IMG/VR virus record: IMGVR_UViG_3300027762_000003
Span: 16,028-80,027 of that record
From: a virus
Reading direction: 5' to 3' (one strand)
DNA length: 64,000 nt
In this document: positions 56,614 through 64,000 of the stretch, one piece after another
How positions within the stretch are numbered: position 1 is the first letter of the stretch
Layout of the letters: each line of letters begins with the position of its first letter
Position numbers and translations under genes: made by a program
The notes under the pieces: generated by a model
What the model was told of the DNA's origin: nothing
What the model saw: the letters and a program-made list of their open reading frames with translations, nothing else
Database searches by the model: none

Positions 56614-57544
56614 TCGATTTGGCGAGTGACCCAACCAGGGACTTTAGATCCATCCACAAGTTTTTTCAAAGTTTTAGCTACATCAAGACCCATTATTTCC
56701 CGTGCTTCTTCAATCTCGAATTGTCTTTGCCACGGGTTAAACCAATCCGGATCGGCTTTTTTAGCCCCCTGGGATTGGGCGTAAGCTACCCCAACGTTGG
56801 CGATCGGTATACTAACTAAGTTCGCCATCTCCTTATGGAATGTTCGAGCGGTTATGAGAGCTTGGCGAATGTGAATAATGGACTGATCGCCGAAGTTCTC
56901 ATAACTCCACCTTTGATCGCCGGGGTAATAGAGTCTTAAGCGCTCTGCGATTTCTCCCCAGTTGATTTCCTTTGCTTTCCCCTAGATGAGGAAGGGGAAG
57001 CTTTTTCTGCATCTAGGGGGGTATAGTCTTCCACTACTTCCCAATCAAGCAGGGCTTCGGCGGGTGTCTCCGTATAGTCCACAACGATATAAGTGAACAG
57101 TATATCTTTACGTTGCAGTACAACCCATCCGTTTTCCTTGGCGCAATTTAACGCAGCATCTTTGCCGTCAAACCCCTCTACCTTGAGTTTCCAAGATGGA
57201 ATCCATTCACTTCTTTCCCCATCAAAAAAGCGGAACAACGCTTCAATAAGTGGGTAGTTTGGGAGCGCTTCTGTACTGGCTCGATTCCAGTCTTTTCTAT
57301 ATCGGGACTGGAGCATCATCGTCACAATCTCGGTCGTGAATTCCCCGTCTCCGAGTCTCCCCAACTTTAGATCGTTCTGGACTTTTAACGCATATCTATC
57401 CCAGGCTATTTTCTCATTAGGAGTCAAGCACCCCATTTTCCTGATTTCAACTTCCCCAATTTGAGGGCTACCAACGACCTCGGTCATGTCAGCTTCAACT
57501 GATGGGGGTGTCTTGAATGTCAGGCTTAAGATATTTGTGGGCAT
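56577..57544 (-). CDS. Tail assembly chaperone pair (gpG 57544-56936; gpGT via -1 frameshift to 56577)
   Basis: In-register slippery heptamer G GGA AAG at 56981-56975; the -1 frame stays open (AKEINWGEIAERLRLYYPGD...) and joins ORF 56577-56828. Confidence 0.8.
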
Positions 57545-57761
57545 AATTTAGATTTTCGTCAAATAACGGTGAATAAGATTGTTGAGGAATCAATACATCG
57601 TAGCGATCGCCCGTAGATGGATCGATGACTTGTACGATTTTCTCGACTCCTTTCTCAATAAATATTATGCCACAGCGCAACTGGTTACTGTTGGTGATCG
57701 CGCTACAATGGACTAAGAACACTCCCTTGCCTGTTAGGTAATCTATAATAGGTTTTCCCAT
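57495..57761 (-). CDS. Small hypothetical protein
   Basis: 88-aa ORF upstream of the chaperone on the same strand. Confidence 0.5.
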   Translation of the reverse strand: MGKPIIDYLTGKGVFLVHCSAITNSNQLRCGIIFIEKGVEKIVQVIDPSTGDRYDVLIPQQSYSPLFDENLNYAHKYLKPDIQDTPIS

Positions 57762-58143
57762 GGTTCACTTTAAGGTTACGCAAAGTAAATTCAAGGTTAG
57801 CAAAAAATTTATTCAAGAAAACAGGGAAATATTTAAAGCGGTTATGGAGGATCTAGGAAAAGAATTCACCGCCGTATTCAATGACCCTAATGAGTTCCCA
57901 GAGTATCCGGGTGATATTGTGGACACTGGGAAACTGAGAGACTCACAGAAAATGGTTGAAGTCAGAAAAGATCAATATCAGTTTGAATGGTACACTCCTT
58001 ACGCTGGATATGTCTTTAGCGGATATATCACTCGTAGAAACAGAAGGATGCCTGGTCGCAACTGGGTGAAAGCAGGGGTTAGGCGTTTTGATTTTAGAAA
58101 GGTCTATCGGGAAAAACTTAAGGGTTACAAAGGAGAGAAATAG
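57760..58143 (+). CDS. HK97 gp10-like tail completion protein
   Basis: IVDTGKLRDS, TPYAGYV, MPGRNW. Confidence 0.75.
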   Translation: MVHFKVTQSKFKVSKKFIQENREIFKAVMEDLGKEFTAVFNDPNEFPEYPGDIVDTGKLRDSQKMVEVRKDQYQFEWYTPYAGYVFSGYITRRNRRMPGRNWVKAGVRRFDFRKVYREKLKGYKGEK

Positions 58144-58145
58144 TC

Positions 58146-61100
58146 ATGGCGATCGGCGGATCTATTGGTAGCATAGGGACGGCTACTTTTAATATTGCAT
58201 TAAGCATAGGAAGTATTCCCAGGCAGATTGGTACTGCAACCCAGTCTATTACTCAAAGCATTAATAGAAGTATAGCGGGCATCAATCAGAGAGTCCAGGC
58301 GATTACGCAATCACAGACTTTTCAAGTTATTAGATCTTTGCAGGCAGTTACTAATTTCATCCAGGTAAGTCAGATCGCTTTTGCCTATGCATTCGTGAAA
58401 GAGATCCCCAAGATGATCAAGGTCACAGTTAAGGTGATGGCTGGTCTAGGGAAAGGAGTCGCCCAGGTAGCTGTATTGGCTGTTAAAGGCGGGGCGATCG
58501 CCGTCAAGTCAGTAGCCCATGTAGTAAAAGGACTATCTGGATTACTCAAGGTTGGAAGTTTTGTAGTTAAATCCGTAAGTAATTTCATAAAAATCGGGGC
58601 AGGCATAGGTAGGATATTTGTTCCCTCTATTGCAAGAATCGGGGCAGCGTTTGCCAAGTTAGGAGCGGGGATAAGTGCCAAAGGGATTAGTCTGTTTGCT
58701 AAGTCTGGAGCAAGTGCGTTAAAGGTAATCACGAAATCAGCAGCAGACGTAGGGAAAGCTCTTGCGAAACTTGGTGGCGAGGGCGCAACAACAGCATTAA
58801 AGTCTCTCTCTGGGACTCTGACACAATTATCTCAAAAATTTGCGTCTGGATTACCAGCGATCGCCAAACAAGCAGGCGCTGCTCTAAATTCCGTGAAGCA
58901 GACGGTAATGGGACTAGGTAGTTCTTTTCAGAATGTTATAGGTAATCTTGGAAAAATAGCGCAATCACCTACAACTGCACTCGCCCCCTTAGTCCAAGCA
59001 AACAAAACGCTTCGTGCTGCATTGAATGATATGGCGTACTCTGCTGGTAAGTCTTTATCGGATATGCTTGCGTTCTTTACTAATACGTTCTCTAAAGTAA
59101 AAGATAGTATTCAGTCTTTATTTAAGACGGTTTCTGGCATCCCAAAGATTTTCTCTGGGATTAAGTTTCCTGACATAGGGCAAAAGTTTATTAATGTTAT
59201 TGAGAAAATAAAATCAACTTTCAATCTTGATTTTCTTAATAAAGTGATTAAGGGCGTACAGTCAAAAGTGGGCGCTCTATTCAATGACTTGTCTAAACTA
59301 GGCGGGTCTTTTAAAAAAGATCTTTCATCTGCATCCACACTCATCTCAAAAGGGTTGACAGGGCTAAAAGAAAGATTTGGGGAAGTCATAAAACTTGCGT
59401 CTGGGATACCTCAAGTAATCACTAAGGGGTTTTCTGCTATCAAAGGGATATCTTTTGCTCCCCTCAAGGCTGGGGCAACAGAGGTATTCAAGCTTCTAGG
59501 GGGAGGATTCCAGAATGTAGGAAAAGGGATTAATGCGATCGGCGGCGTTATTGGAGGGGTCGTCAAGCAATGGGGGTTTGCGATGGCATTCCTTGGGGCT
59601 GCCACGCCAGCCATTCGCACATTAGGAAAAGCTTTGTTTGCCCCATCCATGAGTCCACTGGAATCGTGGATACTTTATTTAATGAGAGGGTTGGACGCTG
59701 CATCCTCTAGTGCCACAAAAATATTCACCGCCCCCACAAAGTTAGCAAGTACCGGTAAGTTTATTTATCTGAATGAAGCAGGGGTCATAGATAGCTTCAC
59801 ATCAACATTTTCAAAGGCAACTGCGAAGGCTCAGACCATCATAAACAGGTTCAAAGAATCGGGAATAAAAGGACTGAAAGAGGAGTTTACGCGACTAGGC
59901 AAAGAGATAAAAGACTCTCTTTCGGGTATAAGTCAGAGGGCTGCTAAGGCAGGAGAGGCTGTTTCTAACACCGCTAAAAAAGCAAGAGAGGCGACTGCTA
60001 ATGCGGCTAAAAAAGTGGGTAGCGACATCAAGAAAATCAACGAGATGATCGAGAACGATACTTTCGATGCGGCTCTCGATAAAGCAATTGATGAAGCGTT
60101 TGACCCAAGCAAGAGAACTCCAAGAACTAAACCACAGAGGAGATCCGCTGCCTCCGTCCCTACTCAAGCAACAGCACAATCCGTCTCTCAAGCAACAGCA
60201 CAATCCGTCTCTCAAGCAACAGCGCAAAGCGTGTCATCGGCAACGAAGCAAGGGATAGAGTCTGGGGTCAAGGCAGCACAACAGTCAATACAGAAAGGGA
60301 TCTCAACTCCGTCATCTAAAGGGGCTGCTGAAGGGATGGAGTCTGGGGTCAAAGCGGGATCGAGTGTTGCGATGAAGCGGTTCAAAGAGATGAAGTTTGG
60401 ACAGGCAGCAGCAGACGCTTTCAACAAAGAGTTCCCTAGTAAGATAGCTCCGGGGGTTGTCGCCGCACAGAAAAATTTTGAGAAAATGTGGGCAGCAGGA
60501 TTTAGGAAAAGCGCGAATCAATTTGATATTAAATTGTTAGGTGATGAGTGGAACAAGAAATTAAATGAAGGATTCGCAGGTCGTGTACGAAAATCTGTAT
60601 CTGCGCCCGTACAAGACGTAGCTGATTATATTCCCCAAGTCCAAGGACTGAATGAGTATCTAAATTCAACAAAAAGAACGGCTTATGCACTCAGGGAATC
60701 CGCTATCGCGTTTTTGAGTTTAAAAGAATCCGCCGTTAGTTTTCGTTTGGCGATCACTAATGTTACCGCAGTGTATAGACAGCTTAAAACGGAGATGACT
60801 GCGGCGATTTCGGCGGGTATGTCAGCAACGGCTGGGCTGGGAGCGGGAGGAGTCACTCAGATGAATATGTTTGACCGGCAGCAGGGATTACGTCTTTCTA
60901 TTGAGCTTCAAACTGTAACAAACCAAATTAAAGCGCTTGCTGTCGCATCCGGGGACAGCAAGTCAATGGTTGCTGAGGTGGTCAATGAGATTAATCGATT
61001 GGGCGCTACTACCGCTAAAACACCTCAAGAAATTGCACTGACTGCGGTTTCGTTAATCCGACTAGGGTTTAGTGCCCAACAAGTAAAAGAGACGCTTGAT

Positions 61101-64000
61101 GGAGTCGTGAAAACCTCGATCGCTACCGGACTGGAGATGAATGTAGTAGCAGAAACAATGGCGGCGGCATTAAATCAATTCGGATTAGACGCAAGTGAGT
61201 CGGGAAGGATAGGCGATCTGTTCGCTTCAGTGACCGCGAATTCTGCCGCAAATGTCGTCGATATTGGGGAGGGATTAAAGTATGTTGGGGCTTCAGCAAA
61301 AGCCGCAAATCAAAATATAGAAGACACCGTAGCTGTTTTAGGGATGTTGAGGTCGGCTGGGATGGAAGGCGGAATGAGCGGGACTGGGATGATGGCCGCA
61401 CTGAGATCGCTGCAAATGGCGGGTGCTTCGTCGTTTGGCGCGGGAGACATGATTGGCGCTTCCGGTGAATCGACAATTGGAGATAGCGCGGCGGGTGGAA
61501 AGCAAAGAGCAAATGCATTAGAGCAGTTGGGTTTAAGTAGTAGAGACATTCTGACCGCAGAAGGAAAAACAAAATCTATTTTAGACATCATCCCTAGGCT
61601 AAAAGAGCAAGTGGAGGAATTGAAACAGACAGCAGAGGGTCAGGCATCCGTCCCCGTTATTCTCGATACTTTGTTTGGGGAGTCAGGGGGGCGTACAATT
61701 AGCGCTCTCCTAGGAATGACAAACGAGCAGATGAATAAAATTATTTCATCTGCTCGGAATTACAGGGGGTTTGCAGCAGAAGCTGCGGAGATAATGAATG
61801 AGGGAGTTGTCGGCAAATTAAGAGAAATGCAATCCAAGATTACAGCGATCGCCCTTACTGTAGGCGATACATTTAAACCCATTATGGCGCTTTTTATTGG
61901 AGGCGTTAATCGGGCGATCGGTATGTTCGCTCTACTGCCCAAGCCTATGCAATCAGTATCGCTATTGTTTGCGACAACAGTACCTCTTATAACCGCTTAC
62001 TATAGAGGACTTAATTTACTAATTTATGCTAGTGATGCGCTAGTAATTGCCAAAAAAGCCGTCACATTTGCAATGCAAGAAAATGCATTGGCATTAACTA
62101 TCCTCAAAGTAAAGCAAATCACTTTAGCCGTAGTAGAAATGGCTAACGTTGTCAGAAATCAAATCTCAATCAGAGTCATGAGGATGATGACTCTGACTTA
62201 TACAAAACAGATATTTGCGGCGGATTTGCTGTTTATAAAAGAGAAAGCCTTGGCTTTAATAACGGGGGCGCTTTCGGCAGCATATGGCACTACTATTCAA
62301 ACGATGAGGAAAATGGCTAACCAGTTTCTAATAGCAGCTCAGTACGCTGGTACTTTTTATATGGCGTGGATTGCGGTTCAGGCTTTGCTTGAAAAATCCC
62401 AAGGAGCAAAAAATGCATCAATTATAGATGGATTGACCGAGCAAGCGGGAAAAATTCAATCGATTAATCCGGATAATGGAATTGATTCTGTTGGGGAAAA
62501 GATAGCTAATGGAATCGTTAAAGGGGTTGGGCAGGCAATGCAAGTTGTTAAACACCAAGTAACCCAAGGCATTAGCGATATTATGGGGGTTGTCGATAAC
62601 ATTAAAATACATGGGATCGTAGAGGGGATCAGGCAATCTATTGTTAATTCAGTATTAGTTGGTAAAGTTCTTATTATTAGCGCTGTAACGGCGATCGCTG
62701 CAACGATATTTATGGCGATGTTCAAAACAAAAAGAACGGTTACTGTAAGCCTAAAACAGTATGAATCTGCGTTTGATAATACATTAAAGTCAATTGGTCA
62801 AAAGCTAAACATATTCAAGACGGCAAAAGATTTCGCGATGTCCATCAAAGGGGAATCTATCGGAAAAGCGGCTTTACTGGCAGGGGGGGTAGCGGGAGCG
62901 GGAGGTGCTATAGCGGCAATAGTAACACTAATAAGCCCTGAACTTGCTTTAAAAATCGGCAGCATAATAGCGGGTATAGGAGGAATAGTTACTGCATTTG
63001 TGCAGTTTCGCGCATTTTTAGAGACCGGAGCTATTCAAGAATCATTAAAAAACGTAAGAGATGGATTTGTCGCTTTTTACGACTATATAGCTAAGGGTGG
63101 GCTAGTTGCTTCCCTTCAGTCAGCCAAAGATGGGCTTCTTGCATTTCAGGCTTACCTCGCTTCTGGAGGTATATTGAAATCATTAAAAGCTTTCCAGGTT
63201 GCGTCTATTGCTGCCCTAGCCAAAGTCAAAGCAGCAGCATTCGCTACAAGTGTAACCCTGACAGCAACTATCGGAATGGTTTTAGGGATTGGCGTTCTAA
63301 TCGCAGGTTTAGCAATGCTGGCACTCTCGCTTCGAGCCGATCCTGTTTCCAAGTACGGGAAGGCTTGGGGTTTTGCAACCGCAGAGCAACGTGGTGCGGC
63401 TAAAGAGATGATAGCGCTGGAGAAGTTGAGCAGCAAGCTCAATGCGGGAATTCAGGAGCGGCAAACCCTTCTGCTGAATTACAAATCATACGATAAAGAC
63501 ACTTTTGCGGGCAAGGCCGAGGCGGCGATCGCTCAAGCTCAACAAGAAATCGATTTACTGAAACAAGTGGAGACAAAAGATGCCGATCATCAAAAAATGA
63601 TCAATAACGAAATAAGTATAAGGGAAAACCACATCTCCTTACTAAGAGCAAGGAATTATGAGTTACAAAGGGGGGTAAAAGCAGAGGAGACTATGAGGTT
63701 TACCCTGGAGCAGATAAATGACCTCATCGCTGAACAGACTTTTGAGATTGAAAAGAATGCCAAGCGTAGAGAAATGGTGATCGCACAGTCCGTATCTCAA
63801 GGGTTGATTTCCAAAGAGTCAGGGCAAACCCAGTCACTCCAAAATCAATTGAGAGCAGAAAAAAATAGATTAAAAATGGAGGAAGCCGCCCTACGCTCAA
63901 TTGAGGAATCAAAGTTCGGAGAGACAGACGTTGAGGAATTGGACAAGTTAGAGGAGGAATCTAAGAAAAAGCAACTCGCTCTATATGATATGAGAGCAGA
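58146..64000 (+). CDS. Tail tape measure protein (partial, over 1900 aa, runs off the window)
   Basis: ATG at 58146; the same frame holds the TP901-type core near 60960-61900 (RLGATTAKTPQEIA...LNQFGLDASE...EGLKYVG...EDTVAVLGML). Absent from the ORF track, consistent with no stop before the edge. Confidence 0.92.
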   Translation, partial: MAIGGSIGSIGTATFNIALSIGSIPRQIGTATQSITQSINRSIAGINQRVQAITQSQTFQVIRSLQAVTNFIQVSQIAFAYAFVKEIPKMIKVTVKVMAGLGKGVAQVAVLAVKGGAIAVKSVAHVVKGLSGLLKVGSFVVKSVSNFIKIGAGIGRIFVPSIARIGAAFAKLGAGISAKGISLFAKSGASALKVITKSAADVGKALAKLGGEGATTALKSLSGTLTQLSQKFASGLPAIAKQAGAALNSVKQTVMGLGSSFQNVIGNLGKIAQSPTTALAPLVQANKTLRAALNDMAYSAGKSLSDMLAFFTNTFSKVKDSIQSLFKTVSGIPKIFSGIKFPDIGQKFINVIEKIKSTFNLDFLNKVIKGVQSKVGALFNDLSKLGGSFKKDLSSASTLISKGLTGLKERFGEVIKLASGIPQVITKGFSAIKGISFAPLKAGATEVFKLLGGGFQNVGKGINAIGGVIGGVVKQWGFAMAFLGAATPAIRTLGKALFAPSMSPLESWILYLMRGLDAASSSATKIFTAPTKLASTGKFIYLNEAGVIDSFTSTFSKATAKAQTIINRFKESGIKGLKEEFTRLGKEIKDSLSGISQRAAKAGEAVSNTAKKAREATANAAKKVGSDIKKINEMIENDTFDAALDKAIDEAFDPSKRTPRTKPQRRSAASVPTQATAQSVSQATAQSVSQATAQSVSSATKQGIESGVKAAQQSIQKGISTPSSKGAAEGMESGVKAGSSVAMKRFKEMKFGQAAADAFNKEFPSKIAPGVVAAQKNFEKMWAAGFRKSANQFDIKLLGDEWNKKLNEGFAGRVRKSVSAPVQDVADYIPQVQGLNEYLNSTKRTAYALRESAIAFLSLKESAVSFRLAITNVTAVYRQLKTEMTAAISAGMSATAGLGAGGVTQMNMFDRQQGLRLSIELQTVTNQIKALAVASGDSKSMVAEVVNEINRLGATTAKTPQEIALTAVSLIRLGFSAQQVKETLDGVVKTSIATGLEMNVVAETMAAALNQFGLDASESGRIGDLFASVTANSAANVVDIGEGLKYVGASAKAANQNIEDTVAVLGMLRSAGMEGGMSGTGMMAALRSLQMAGASSFGAGDMIGASGESTIGDSAAGGKQRANALEQLGLSSRDILTAEGKTKSILDIIPRLKEQVEELKQTAEGQASVPVILDTLFGESGGRTISALLGMTNEQMNKIISSARNYRGFAAEAAEIMNEGVVGKLREMQSKITAIALTVGDTFKPIMALFIGGVNRAIGMFALLPKPMQSVSLLFATTVPLITAYYRGLNLLIYASDALVIAKKAVTFAMQENALALTILKVKQITLAVVEMANVVRNQISIRVMRMMTLTYTKQIFAADLLFIKEKALALITGALSAAYGTTIQTMRKMANQFLIAAQYAGTFYMAWIAVQALLEKSQGAKNASIIDGLTEQAGKIQSINPDNGIDSVGEKIANGIVKGVGQAMQVVKHQVTQGISDIMGVVDNIKIHGIVEGIRQSIVNSVLVGKVLIISAVTAIAATIFMAMFKTKRTVTVSLKQYESAFDNTLKSIGQKLNIFKTAKDFAMSIKGESIGKAALLAGGVAGAGGAIAAIVTLISPELALKIGSIIAGIGGIVTAFVQFRAFLETGAIQESLKNVRDGFVAFYDYIAKGGLVASLQSAKDGLLAFQAYLASGGILKSLKAFQVASIAALAKVKAAAFATSVTLTATIGMVLGIGVLIAGLAMLALSLRADPVSKYGKAWGFATAEQRGAAKEMIALEKLSSKLNAGIQERQTLLLNYKSYDKDTFAGKAEAAIAQAQQEIDLLKQVETKDADHQKMINNEISIRENHISLLRARNYELQRGVKAEETMRFTLEQINDLIAEQTFEIEKNAKRREMVIAQSVSQGLISKESGQTQSLQNQLRAEKNRLKMEEAALRSIEESKFGETDVEELDKLEEESKKKQLALYDMRA

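Noticed and set aside
58385-63912. Short ORFs listed within the tape measure region
   Set aside because: They are antisense or out-of-frame shadows of the long plus-strand tape measure frame.

Overview
The window is about 64 kb of a temperate long-tailed (siphovirus-like) cyanophage, or possibly a phage-plasmid. No host chromosomal flank, integrase, rRNA or tRNA is visible. The HIP1 octamer GCGATCGC is very frequent and DnaG and ThyX look cyanobacterial, so the host is probably a HIP1-rich cyanobacterium. Virion genes: TerS/TerL, portal, scaffold, decoration, major capsid, neck, major tail, a lambda G/T-like frameshifted chaperone and a tape measure gene that runs off the right edge. Tail-tip genes lie at the left end on the opposite strand. 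Replication and nucleotide genes: Rad52-like annealase, dnaN, dnaG, nrdA, nrdB, dcd, thyX and tmk. Notable accessory content: (1) a type IV-B CRISPR-Cas effector locus (csf4/cas11, csf2, csf3, cysH-like, an inverted cupin, csf1) and, about 17 kb away, a 5-repeat/4-spacer CRISPR mini-array with cyanobacterial I-D-like repeats abutting a decayed tnpB; (2) an operon encoding a membrane-anchored FtsK/HerA-type ATPase, several small membrane proteins, an M23 peptidase, a lipoprotein and a GH73 hydrolase, which may be a cell-to-cell DNA transfer module; (3) a MuF minor head protein fused to a lipase-like domain, next to a lipoprotein; (4) repeated cis-elements, namely a structured leader before antirepressor-type genes, a family of promoter/terminator cassettes and a cluster of palindromes that may be an origin or partition site. 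All calls come from reading motifs by eye; no database searches were run.
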